64,000 bases of DNA from positions 74,951 to 138,950 of the IMG/VR virus record IMGVR_UViG_3300037455_000402; one strand, given 5' to 3'. Of the stretch, positions 33,835-44,059 are shown one piece after another. A model generated the notes under the pieces. It was not told the DNA's origin. It made no database searches and was given only the letters and a program-made list of their open reading frames with translations. Made by a program: the position numbers and the translations under genes. How positions within the stretch are numbered: the first letter of the stretch is position 1; every line of letters starts with the position of its first letter. This stretch comes from a virus (taxonomy: Duplodnaviria; Heunggongvirae; Uroviricota; Caudoviricetes).

Positions 33835-34764
33835 ATGTTAAATATTTCAGAGACACAGAGCACTAATGTTGTTAGAATTTCAGGTTTACTCAAGGAGCTT
33901 GAGGTAGAAGAGAAGGAAAAGAGAGAGACTGGAGAAAAGTATATAACTGCGAAGGCTACTATTAAAGTAGACCAGGAAGTCAACGGAAAGATGGAAGAGA
34001 ACGAGATTGTCGTTCAGGCTTATGCAGATTATCTTACTAAGGACGGTAAGGTTTCTAAGCTTTACACAAATCCTGAGAAGAAGTCAGGTATCCTCGAGTG
34101 GAAGAATGAGTTCCGTTCACTCGCAACTTGTCCTGAAGACCAGCCCGAGCTTGCAACAAGAGTTCTTATTACTCAGGGCGAACTCGCTGAGAACATTTGG
34201 TTCACAGATAAGGATGAGATGAGAACATCTTTCAACGTAAATGCTAAGTTTATGAACGCTCAGAAGCCTACTAAGCCTGTTGATGATGAGGCTACATTCG
34301 AGCTTTCTGGTGTTGTTCTTAACAAGGTAAGAGAAGTTGATAGACAGGGTCAGGATACTGGTAGAGTTAAGGTTAACTTCGGTATTGTTCGTTACGGCGG
34401 CAAGCTTCATGCTGTAGAGCTTATTGCTCCAGAGGGTAGTAAGGCAGATTATGTATGGTCTAACTGGGAAGAGGGCGATACAGTAACTGTTACAGGTTTC
34501 CTTAGCATTAATCAGGGTACTGAGGTATGGTACGAGAATCAGGGCTTCGGTGACCCAATCAAGAGAACCAAGACATTCTCTCGTAAGGAACTTATAATCA
34601 ATGGCGGTTCTCCTGCAGGTCTTGAGCCTGAGCTTAGCTACGACTCAACTGACATTGCAAATGCTGCAAAGGAGAGACTTGCTTATGCTGAGGAAAAGAA
34701 GGTAAAGGCAAAGAGTGCTAAGAAGTCACAGACTCCTGCATCTGGTAATAAGTTCGGCTTTTAA
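33835..34764 (+). CDS. Putative single-stranded DNA-binding (tandem OB-fold) protein, 309 aa
   Basis: Two beta-rich halves with GxL/VxG patterns; position before the ATPase and helicase; no TAG. Confidence 0.65.
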   Translation: MLNISETQSTNVVRISGLLKELEVEEKEKRETGEKYITAKATIKVDQEVNGKMEENEIVVQAYADYLTKDGKVSKLYTNPEKKSGILEWKNEFRSLATCPEDQPELATRVLITQGELAENIWFTDKDEMRTSFNVNAKFMNAQKPTKPVDDEATFELSGVVLNKVREVDRQGQDTGRVKVNFGIVRYGGKLHAVELIAPEGSKADYVWSNWEEGDTVTVTGFLSINQGTEVWYENQGFGDPIKRTKTFSRKELIINGGSPAGLEPELSYDSTDIANAAKERLAYAEEKKVKAKSAKKSQTPASGNKFGF

Positions 34765-34804
34765 TAGCCGAACTCCTTACTATTTTTAAAACGGAGTGAT
34801 GTAA

Positions 34805-35773
34805 ATGGCTAATATAGATATTTTGGCTCTTGAGCCGCAGAAAATAAGTAGAAATCTTAAAGGTAAGTTTATGATGTTCTATGGTTTGCCTGGTATAGGT
34901 AAAACCGCTCTTGCCGCAAAATTCCCGAAAGTTCTTATCGCAGGTTTTGAGATGGGTACTAATGGTCTTAATGGCGTTTTAGCTCAGCCAATTCAGACTT
35001 GGGATGATTGGCGCCAGGTACAGTCTCAGCTTGTTCGTAAAGCGGAAGCTAAAGAAAAGTATGAGTGTGTTGCAATTGATACTGCAGACTCAGCTTGGGA
35101 CTTATGCGTAAAGTATATATGTGCTCAGAATAATGTTTCTACTCTTGGAGACATTGCTTGGGGTAAGGGTTATGATATGGCTAAGAAAGAATTTTCAGAT
35201 TCTTTCAGAGCACTTGCTTATGCAGGCTATGGTCTTATCTTTATTTCTCACGCAGTTGAAAAGACTATCAAAGACGAGAATAATAAGGATAATGATATTA
35301 TCCAGATAAATCCTGCTTTACAGCAGCGTCCTTACGATATTATCAATAAAATGGTTGACATTATTGGTTATATTCGTGCCATCGAAAATGAGAAGGGCGA
35401 AATGGAACGTTGGATTTCATTCCGTGGTAACAATAGTTACTTTGCAAAATCTCGTTTCGCATATATAGCACCTAAAGTTAAATTCAGTTATGAAAATATT
35501 GTTAATGCAATATTCGATGCAATAGATGAAGAAATAAAACACTCTGGCGGCGAAGCTACCGATGAAGTTAATCCTTATATTCAGCTTAACTTCGATGCTC
35601 TTATGGAAGATGCAAAGATTCTTTGGGGCAAAGTTGTACAGGAAGAGAAAGTCGAGCAGGCAGCTAAAATTCTTGAAGAGGAATTTGGAAAGCCTATTCG
35701 TTTCTCAGAAATACTTCCCGAGCAGGTTGAAAAGCTTAATAACGTAATTAACGCTATTAGGGATATTGTTTGA
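34805..35773 (+). CDS. P-loop AAA-family ATPase (Sak4/AAA_24-like)
   Basis: YGLPGIGKT Walker A, VAIDT Walker B, WGKGY, AKSR. Confidence 0.8.
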   Translation: MANIDILALEPQKISRNLKGKFMMFYGLPGIGKTALAAKFPKVLIAGFEMGTNGLNGVLAQPIQTWDDWRQVQSQLVRKAEAKEKYECVAIDTADSAWDLCVKYICAQNNVSTLGDIAWGKGYDMAKKEFSDSFRALAYAGYGLIFISHAVEKTIKDENNKDNDIIQINPALQQRPYDIINKMVDIIGYIRAIENEKGEMERWISFRGNNSYFAKSRFAYIAPKVKFSYENIVNAIFDAIDEEIKHSGGEATDEVNPYIQLNFDALMEDAKILWGKVVQEEKVEQAAKILEEEFGKPIRFSEILPEQVEKLNNVINAIRDIV

Positions 35774-35777
35774 TTTC

Positions 35778-35808
35778 AAAGGGGAGAATTAAAGTTCTCC
35801 CCTTTTTT
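35778..35808 (+). terminator. Intrinsic terminator
   Basis: AAAGGGGAGAA-N6-TTCTCCCCTTTTTT. Confidence 0.8.
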
Positions 35809-35824
35809 AATAAGGAGTGAGTTA

Positions 35825-37054
35825 ATGGAAAAAGATATTAAAATACTCGACACAAATGTACTTTTAGATTTCCCACAAATCGTTACAAAATATGATGAAT
35901 ACTTTATAGTTCCTTTAGTTGTTTTAATTGAAATCGACGACTTAAAGAAAAGTAAAAGTGTTGAAGTCGCATAGAAAGCTCGCAAGGCGGCAGTATATAT
36001 TGCCAAAAATAAAAATAATCTTGAATGGGATTATACAAGAAATCTGAATAAGAGTGTTGACGGTATTCTCATTGATATTGCAAAAGAAAGAGATGCAACT
36101 CTTATTACCAACGATATATCTCTTAAGGTTATTGCTGAAGCAGAAGGCGCAAAGGTAGAGGGCTATAGTTGGAGCGATGACTATTGCGGCATTGTTTACA
36201 TGGATGTCTCCCGTTATGACCTTGATGGTTATAATGAAATGCTCTCAGACTTGATTGAAAATGGTCACTACGAAACAGAGGATTACACTTTTAGTAAGAA
36301 TGAATACTTAATTGTGCCGCCAGCCTATGAAGATGCTGCTTATGGAGATACCAGTGTATTTAGATATGATGGTATTCATTTCCATAAGGTTCGTGGTCGT
36401 GAGATAGAATCTCAGTGGACAAGTGATAATAAACCAATCTTTCCTCGTAATCCTGAACAGATTTGTTTAGTAGACGCTCTTTTAAACAAAGTCCCGATTA
36501 TCTATGCTGGTGGTAAATATGGAACGGGTAAAACATTTTTAACGCATAACTATGCAATAAGCGAACTTGAAAAAGACCACATTAAGAAAATTATTTATGT
36601 TCCTAATAACTCTTACACTCAGAACACAATGGAACTTGGCGCATTACCTGGCGACTTAATGGAAAAGATACTTCCTTCAATTGGACCTCTTGTAGATATT
36701 GTTGGAATTGATACTATTACCAGATGGATGCAGTCAGAAAAATTAGAGATTGTCCCAGTGGCTTATATTAGAGGTCGTAACTTTGACGACTCTATTGTTC
36801 TTGTAAGTGAAGCAGAAAACCTTACAGAAGAACATATTAAGCTTTTACTTGCTCGTTGTGGAAATAACACAAGAATATTCTTCGATGGTGATATTCACCA
36901 GGCAGATAGCGCAATCTTTAAGGATAGAAACGGATTAAAACTGTTGCTTAATTTACATGATTCTCCATTCGATGAGATGTTCGCAACTGTTCAGCTTGTA
37001 AGAATTGAGAGAAGCATTGTCGCCGCGACAGCAGACTATCTTGATACTATTTAA
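35825..37054 (+). CDS. phoH: PIN-PhoH fusion (PhoH2-like), 409 aa; 1 TAG=Gln
   Basis: N-terminal ILDTNVLL...EID...LITND PIN motifs, in frame via TAG with ORF 36200..37054 (GKYGTGKT, RGRNF, SEAEN, GDIHQ). Confidence 0.88.
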
Positions 37055-37056
37055 TG

Positions 37057-37081
37057 GAGGGCGGGATAACCGCCCTCTTTT
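37057..37081 (+). terminator. Intrinsic terminator
   Basis: GAGGGCGG-GATAA-CCGCCCTC-TTTT. Confidence 0.85.
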
Positions 37082-37092
37082 AGGTAAAAATC

Positions 37093-37121
37093 TTGACTTT
37101 TTCCGTAAATTATGGTATAAT
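37093..37121 (+). promoter_or_regulatory. SigA-type promoter of the replication operon
   Basis: TTGACT-N17-TATAAT with TG. Confidence 0.8.
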
Positions 37122-37151
37122 ATATATAGAAATTAAAGAAAGGGTGATTAA

Positions 37152-37868
37152 ATGGCTAAAAGAATTGACGAAAAGACCATTGAACAAATCCCCATTTTAT
37201 ATGAACAGCTTAAGAATAAAGCCGAGGTGGCACGTCAGCTTGGCATTAGTGCCGCCTCAGTTAATAAGTATCTGGCAATATATAATGGAGCACCAGTTGA
37301 AGTCGCAAAGAAAAAGAGAGTTAAGGTTGATGATGAACTTGTTGAAAAAATCAATCAGTTATATCGTTCATATAAGAATATGGCTCAGGTCGCAAAGGAA
37401 TTGGGCATATCTTCTTCAACAGTTAAGAACCATTTAACAGAAGAAAATCTTAAACTCAAAGATAAGGTTAATGATGACCGAGATGCACTTTGGTACTACA
37501 TTTATCGTTTATTTGGACCAGACGGTGATAAACCAGTAAGCGATTGGAATGTTACTCAGATGCAGAAGTTCAACCGTATGGGAATGGGTTATAGAGCACA
37601 GCTTTTAACCTTGAAGTGGTTCTATGAAATAAAGAAAAATCCTATTAAAAAGGAATATAAGACGATTGGAATTATTCCATACGTTTATGATGAAGCGGCT
37701 CTTTATTACAAGACTTAGGACGCAAGAGTAAAAGAAATCGAAGAGGCTATTGAGAAGCAATTAGAACAGGACCGTATTGAAATTCAGTATAATCCTAATG
37801 ATTATATTGGAAAGAAAAAGAAGAAAAAGCTAATTGATTTGGACTCAATAGTAGGTGATGCAGAGTGA
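37152..37868 (+). CDS. Double-HTH protein, possible replication initiator/helicase loader, 238 aa; 1 TAG=Gln
   Basis: Two xVARQLGIS/xVAKELGIS HTH motifs, plus IGIIPYVYDEA; readthrough at 37716 to a TGA overlapping the helicase start. Confidence 0.7.
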
Positions 37869-39568
37869 TAAAGATTGACCGCCATACAGTAATTCAGGTC
37901 CTTGGTGGCTTGATGAACAATCCTGATTTTTTAAGTGATACAGATAAGGTACGTCTTGAACTTACAGATTTTCCTACTGCACTTGATAAATTTATTTTCA
38001 GTGCAATTCACAATCTCTATAATGACGGTGACGGAGCGAAAAATATACGTTCAATTGACGTAATTAATTATCTTAAATCTAATGCCGCCGCAGTAGGTAC
38101 ATTAGAAAAAGAGAACGGAGAAGTTTATCTACAGGATTGTGAGGTTAAGGGTGAACCACAGAATTTTAGATATTATTATGAAAGATTAAAGAAACTTAAT
38201 CTTCTTAAGGACGTTGAAGCCAATGGTAGAGACGTGTCTATGTTCTATTGTGAAAATCCTCTTGACCCGCATTGTAGAGAAATTAATGAAAGATTTGATA
38301 GATGGAAGACGGCTGATATTATCAATGCTCTTAAGGGAGAATTAGATAAATATGAAAATCGTTATGTCCTTAATGGTCAAATCGAAGAAAGTACAGCAGT
38401 TGACGGTATTACCGAACTTATTGAAGAATTAAGAACTAAGCCAGAAGTTGGTTGTAAACTCCAAGGCGATATAATCAATTCAATAACACGAGGCGGCAGA
38501 AAAGGTAAGTTATATCTTCGTTCTGCAGGTTCTGGTGTAGGTAAAACTCGTTCAATGGTTGGTGATGCGTGTAATATCGCATATCCTATTCGTTTTGATA
38601 GAAAGCGTGGTAAATGGGTTTCAACAGGTAGTTGTGAAAAAGTTCTGTACGTAATGACTGAGCAGGACCCTGATGAAATCAAAACAATGATTCTTTCCTA
38701 CTTAACAGGTTATAATGAAGAAATTTTCCTTTACGGTACTTATGGAGAGAAAGAACTTCCTCGTATCAAGAAAGCCGTAGATATTATGGAAAAGTACAAG
38801 GATAATATGCTTTTCGCAAGAATAGGCGACCCTTGTAGTTCATCTGTTAAGAATCTTTTCAGACGTTATAATTTTCAGAAAGGTGTTGAAAATTTCTTCT
38901 ATGACTACATATTCTCAAGCCCTGCGATGCTTAATGAATATCGTGATATTGGTGTTAGAGAAGATGTTGCTCTTAGATTATTCACAACAACTTTAAAGAA
39001 TCTTGCCGTTGAACTTAATGCGTTTATTATGACTTCAACACAGGTAAGTAATGATGATACTGAAAAGGGTGGATTTAGAGACTTCCATCAGGTTCAGGGT
39101 TCAAAAGCAATTGTTAACCTCGTTGACTTTGCTTGTATTATGAGCCGCCCGACTAAGGAAGAATTATCTGAACTTCAAGGCTTCCAAAGTAACTTTGATT
39201 ATATTCCTAATCTTGTAACTGATATTTATAAGAATCGTCGCGGACGTTGGAATATGGTTAGAGTTTGGTCATATCATGATTTGGGAACTTGTCGTAAATG
39301 GGATTTATTTGTTACAACAACAAATATGAAACCGATTAAGGAATTTAGAGTAATTAATTTTGAAACAACAAGATTTAAAGATTATTCTGACCTTTGCGAT
39401 TTGTATAATACAGGAGAAGTTTCAGACGAAATAGTTGAAGAATTTTATTCAGTTTCAGATGAACAGCCAGAAGAATTGCTTGTTGGTGCTTCCGAAGCAT
39501 TTAATGATAAGGAAGATATTAAGAAGCGATTTGAAGGAAAGAAGTTATCTGAATTGTTAACAATATGA
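37865..39568 (+). CDS. dnaB: Replicative DnaB-like helicase
   Basis: RSAGSGVGKTR Walker A, FYDYI, STQV, GSKAI; no TAG. Confidence 0.88.
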   Translation: MIKIDRHTVIQVLGGLMNNPDFLSDTDKVRLELTDFPTALDKFIFSAIHNLYNDGDGAKNIRSIDVINYLKSNAAAVGTLEKENGEVYLQDCEVKGEPQNFRYYYERLKKLNLLKDVEANGRDVSMFYCENPLDPHCREINERFDRWKTADIINALKGELDKYENRYVLNGQIEESTAVDGITELIEELRTKPEVGCKLQGDIINSITRGGRKGKLYLRSAGSGVGKTRSMVGDACNIAYPIRFDRKRGKWVSTGSCEKVLYVMTEQDPDEIKTMILSYLTGYNEEIFLYGTYGEKELPRIKKAVDIMEKYKDNMLFARIGDPCSSSVKNLFRRYNFQKGVENFFYDYIFSSPAMLNEYRDIGVREDVALRLFTTTLKNLAVELNAFIMTSTQVSNDDTEKGGFRDFHQVQGSKAIVNLVDFACIMSRPTKEELSELQGFQSNFDYIPNLVTDIYKNRRGRWNMVRVWSYHDLGTCRKWDLFVTTTNMKPIKEFRVINFETTRFKDYSDLCDLYNTGEVSDEIVEEFYSVSDEQPEELLVGASEAFNDKEDIKKRFEGKKLSELLTI

Positions 39569-39582
39569 GAGGAGTGAGTTAA

Positions 39583-40647
39583 TTGGGCAAATCAAGTCAG
39601 CTAACTGAAATAGTTAATAATTTGCCGCCAGCCCGCATTATTGAATTAATGCAGGAGCTGGGTGCCGACAGGTATCAGGAAACGGATAAAGCGATTATCT
39701 TTCCAACTATCTGTCACAATGCAGATTCGGCAGATGCTTCAATGAAACTCTATTATTATCCTAAAACGCATACATTTCATTGTTATACTGATTGTGGTTG
39801 TACGTTTAATATTTATGAAATGTTTAAGAAACGATATGAGTTATTCAATCAAGATTATAATTTCTATCAGGATATTGTTCTTAAAATTGAACCTAATCCT
39901 ACTAAAACAATTCATAAAGAATTTATTTAGCGTTATGAATCAATTTATGACTATGAAGACCATTCAGTTGAAGTAAATATGCCGCCTATCAGTAAGGGAC
40001 TGTTGAATATCTATGACTTTTATCCAACGCCTGAATGGTTAAATGACGGTATTAGCGAAGAAGCAATGAAACATTATAACATTCTTTACTCAATTGCGGA
40101 TAATAAAATTATAATTCCTCATTATGATAAAGATGATAACCTTGTTGGTATTAGAGGAAGAGCTTTAAATGAAGAAGATTTAAAGTTCGGTAAGTATATG
40201 CCTGTAAAAATAGAAGGTAAATTCTATGCTCATCCACTTGGTTATAATCTTTATGGTTTAAATATAGTAAAGGATAATATAAAGAAATTTAAAATGGCGA
40301 TAGTTGCAGAGTCTGAAAAGAGCTGCATGCAATATGAGACAATGTTCGGAGCAGAGAATAATATTGTTGTCGCCGCCTGTGGTAGTAGTTTTCATAAGTA
40401 TCAACTTGATTTATTACTTGAAGCAGGCGCAGAAAGAGTTTTAATCGCCTTCGATAATGAGGGTGAAACTCAAGAAGAAAAATTCAAATATTTTGAGAAG
40501 TTAAGAAACTTATGTTTAAAGTATCAAAACTATTGTGTAATGGGTTTTGTATTCGATAGAAGTGGACTACTCAAATTGAAGCAATCTCCTTTTGATTGTG
40601 GACCCGAAGTAGCTACTAAATTATTATCAAAAGGAGTTTGGTTATAA
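39583..40647 (+). CDS. dnaG: DNA primase, 354 aa; 1 TAG=Gln
   Basis: Zn-binding CH...CYTDC half and TOPRIM half (ESEKS, AFDNE) are in frame and joined by the TAG at 39928. Confidence 0.88.
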
Positions 40648-40648
40648 A

Positions 40649-42442
40649 ATGAAATTCATAAGAAATACAAGTTATGATATTAAGTCTGATTACACTTTAA
40701 ATCTTTTAAAAGATAGAGGCGTTCTTCCAATGTAGGGAGAAACTGATTGGTATTTCAAGCCAACGGTTGATAATTTCCTTGACCCATTGAGCTTAGACCA
40801 TATGGAAGAAGGATACCAGCTTTATAAAAAGCATTTGGAGAATGGAAATAGAATTAGACTTTATGTTGACTGTGACGTGGACGGTTTTACTTCTGCCGCA
40901 GTTTTTCTTAATTATTTTAATGATAATTTAAGAGAAAAATATTCAGATGTTGAATTTACTTATCATATACCAGAAGGTAAGGAGCACGGTCTTCGCTCTG
41001 TTATGAATGAACTTACAAGTAATAAGATTTGTGACCTTATTATCCTTCCTGATAGTTCAAGTAATGATTACCCTGAGCATGAGATTTTGAAATCTATGGG
41101 TTATGACATTCTTGTTCTTGACCATCACGATGCTGATATGTATAGCCCTTGTGCGACAGTAATAAACAATCAGCTTTCAAAGGATTATGAAAACAAGGCT
41201 CTTAGCGGTGTAGGAGTTGTTTATAAATTCCTTCAGTTCTTCGACGCAATGGAGGGAATAGACGGTGCTAACGAATATCTTGACCTCGTTGCACTTGGTG
41301 AGATAAGTGATATGATGAGTATGCAGACTCCCGAAAATAGACTTATTTGCGCCGCCGGCCTATGTATGGTTAAAAATGAATTATTCAAGGCTATTATAAA
41401 GAAACAATGTTATTCAATGTTTGGTATTTATGAAGCCGATTGGAGCGATGCCTATTTCACAAATGGCAGTATAACTCAGATTAAGGTCGCTTTCTATGTA
41501 ACTCCTCTTATTAATGCTCTTATCCGTGTAGGAACTCAGAAAGATAAGGAAATGCTTTTTAGAGGTTTTATTGATGGCAAAACAGAAATAGAATCTACAA
41601 AGCGTGGAGCAAAGGGAGAAATAGAAACAGTTGCCGAACAGGTTACAAGAAATTGTGTAAATGCTCGTTCAAGACAGAATAGAGAGAAGGATAAGGCAAT
41701 TGAATTACTTGATATTCAGATTATGAATGATTGTCTTGATGATAATAAGATACTTATTCTTAATGCTGATGACCTTAATGTATCAACAAACCTTACAGGT
41801 CTTATTGCTATGGGTATTGCGGCGAAGTATAAGAAGCCTACTCTTCTTGGTAGAATTAGTCCCGACGGATTCCTTAAGGGTTCAATCCGTGGTAGAGAAG
41901 AAAGCGAGCTTAAGGACTTTAAGAGCTTCTTAAAAGATAGCGGACTCACTGATATGGTTGAAGGTCACGCCAATGCCGCAGGTTTCTCGCTTAAGGAGAA
42001 TAATGTATCTAAGTTATATGATTATGCAAATGAGAAGCTGAAGGACGTAAACTTCAATGAAGGTTTCTATGAAGCTGATTTCGTTGTAAGTGGTAATTAT
42101 TCAGACCTCAGCGAACTTGTAATGGACATTGGTTCTCATGCAGATTTGTGGGGACAGCAGAATAAAGAACCAGTTATTATTGTAGAAAATATAACAATTC
42201 CTAAGAGTTCAATTCAGAAGATTGGTTCTAAGAAAGATACTGTTAAATTCGTATTTAATGGTATGACCTATATGATATTCAAGGCTTAGAATATTATTGA
42301 TGAAATTGATAGTTTCAATGGTGATACATTAAATATAACTTGTGCTGGTAGAGCAAACATTAATACATGGGGCGGTAGAACAGTTCCTCAGATTTACATT
42401 GATGAAATTGAATTAAAGGAGAGTTCTATTTATGACTTTTAA
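40649..42442 (+). CDS. recJ: RecJ-like DHH ssDNA exonuclease, 597 aa; 2 TAG=Gln
   Basis: DCDVDG, LPDSS, LDHH, ALGEISD, GSIRG, GHANAAG; extended by readthrough at both ends. Confidence 0.9.
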
Positions 42443-42590
42443 GTTAATTGCAGATACAGATTCGGGGGCAAATATAACTGCCCTCGTTGATGAAAAGAAA
42501 AAGGATGTATGGGTAGTAAAAGAAATTTTATCAATTACTTATACAGATGAAAATGGTATAGTTCATACAATTTATAAGGAGGAAGAATAA
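42432..42590 (+). CDS. Small hypothetical protein, 52 aa
   Basis: ATG at 42432 to a TAA overlapping the next ATG (TAATG). Confidence 0.45.
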   Translation: MTFKLIADTDSGANITALVDEKKKDVWVVKEILSITYTDENGIVHTIYKEEE

Positions 42591-42790
42591 TGGGAGAATT
42601 ATGTAAAAGAACAGAGGAGTGGAGAGTTAATGATGAAATGGAAGCTAAAGCACTTATTGAGAAAGCCAAAGCCGATGAAGGTGAAGAGGGCTATGAGCTC
42701 AAAAGCTATAAGATGGTCAAGAAAGACAAGAAGTCTAAAGGCGAAATCATTGATGAATGGGTAATCGTCACTCTTGTAAAACAGTGGTGA
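42590..42790 (+). CDS. Hypothetical protein, 66 aa
   Basis: AAGGAGG RBS; complete ORF. Confidence 0.72.
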   Translation: MGELCKRTEEWRVNDEMEAKALIEKAKADEGEEGYELKSYKMVKKDKKSKGEIIDEWVIVTLVKQW

Positions 42791-42797
42791 TAATCTA

Positions 42798-43304
42798 ATG
42801 AAACACGTCATGGAGCCTGAATTTGAAGACCTCAAAAATCCAATGATTGCATATATAGCTATTCAAGCAACAATGCATGAAACTTGGGGAGGTGAAGATT
42901 ATTTCGACCAGGTAGGCCATTATTTTTCAAATGAAATTCTGAATGAATTTGCCGACTATCTTATTGAACAAAATGTTCTCAGTCAAGAAGATAAGAAAGC
43001 AATGATGAATGAGAGATACAAAGAGCTTTTAGATATTCCAAATTTTTTGGAGGATAAATATACTGAAGTTGATACTGATGAAACTTGGGAAGCGAATAGA
43101 GATTTTCGTACAAACATTTGGGATAAAGTATATTATTACTTTGCTAACTATATTTCACAAAAGGATAGAGATACTCTTTTAACTTTCCAACAGACTATTC
43201 ATGAAGATGCTCCATGTCAATGGGATGCAAAAGATTGGCTGTTTTGGACAGAAGAATATTATAGATTGAAAAATACTTCATATATAGGAGAGAAAATCGA
43301 ATGA
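42798..43304 (+). CDS. Hypothetical acidic protein, 168 aa
   Basis: Complete ORF in operon context. Confidence 0.7.
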   Translation: MKHVMEPEFEDLKNPMIAYIAIQATMHETWGGEDYFDQVGHYFSNEILNEFADYLIEQNVLSQEDKKAMMNERYKELLDIPNFLEDKYTEVDTDETWEANRDFRTNIWDKVYYYFANYISQKDRDTLLTFQQTIHEDAPCQWDAKDWLFWTEEYYRLKNTSYIGEKIE

Positions 43305-43612
43305 AAGTGATTATAAAGCCAAGGGGATGGGGAAAGACTACCCTGCTTGTGTAGACTGCGGCGAAAAATAATTTCCCGATACTTTGTGCACATAAATGCA
43401 ATAAAAGAATCTACGAGATAAGAGCAAAAGAGTTGGGACTTCCAGTACCTCAAGTCTTTACTGTAAATGATATGTTAAAAGGAAGAGCGAGAGGTTTGTG
43501 TTATAAAAACGTTTTGGTCGATGAGGCTGATGACGTATTAATTGAATTTATGAAGGAGACAAGTTATTGTACTCCTTTAATAGCAACAATGACAATCGAG
43601 GAGGGGAATTAA
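43301..43612 (+). CDS. Small P-loop NTPase-like protein, 103 aa; 1 TAG=Gln
   Basis: KPRGWGKTT and VLVDEAD; absent from the ORF track. Confidence 0.7.
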
Positions 43613-43613
43613 A

Positions 43614-43736
43614 ATGAAAATCCATACAGATGAAAAAGAGAACTACAAAAAGAAAATCGACAAGATGAAGGACGATATGGCTCGCCGCAATAAGGAAATT
43701 CAGAAGGAAAGAGAAAGAAAGAAAGGAAAAAAGTAA
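43614..43736 (+). CDS. Small basic peptide, 40 aa
   Basis: GAGGAGG RBS; Lys/Glu-rich. Confidence 0.45.
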   Translation: MKIHTDEKENYKKKIDKMKDDMARRNKEIQKERERKKGKK

Positions 43737-43737
43737 T

Positions 43738-43929
43738 ATGGTAAAAATTCTTGAAGAGGGGCTATATGGAAAAGTTCTCTTTAAATGTTCAAATTGCAAT
43801 TGCGTATTTGAAGTTGATGAAGAAGAATGTGACCAAGATTGGTCAGTCCATAGTATTCCTTGGACACGTAAGTGTCCTAAATGTAAAAACCTTTGCAAAT
43901 CTGATTAGGGTTGTAAAAAAAATAAGTAA
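43738..43929 (+). CDS. Zn-ribbon protein, about 63 aa
   Basis: CSNC...CPKC; one TAG near the C-terminus. Confidence 0.55.
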
Positions 43930-43952
43930 ATTAAAAGTCAAGCCTAAAAAGC

Positions 43953-43981
43953 TTGACTTTTTCTATAATTTATGATATAAT
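43953..43981 (+). promoter_or_regulatory. SigA-type promoter of dnaE with the -35 box inside an inverted repeat
   Basis: TTGACT-N17-TATAAT; AAAAGTCAAGC-N7-GCTTGACTTTT at 43933-43961. Confidence 0.8.
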
Positions 43982-44059
43982 ATATATAGAAAATGAAAAA
44001 AGAATTATTAAAGTTACTGCCCCTGCGTTATTGCTCGGCGGCAGAAATGGAGGTAATAT

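Noticed and set aside
43913-43941. Leftward promoter using the AGTCAA arm near dnaE
   Set aside because: No TATAAT-like -10 box at 17-bp spacing on the minus strand, so it is treated as a hairpin arm.
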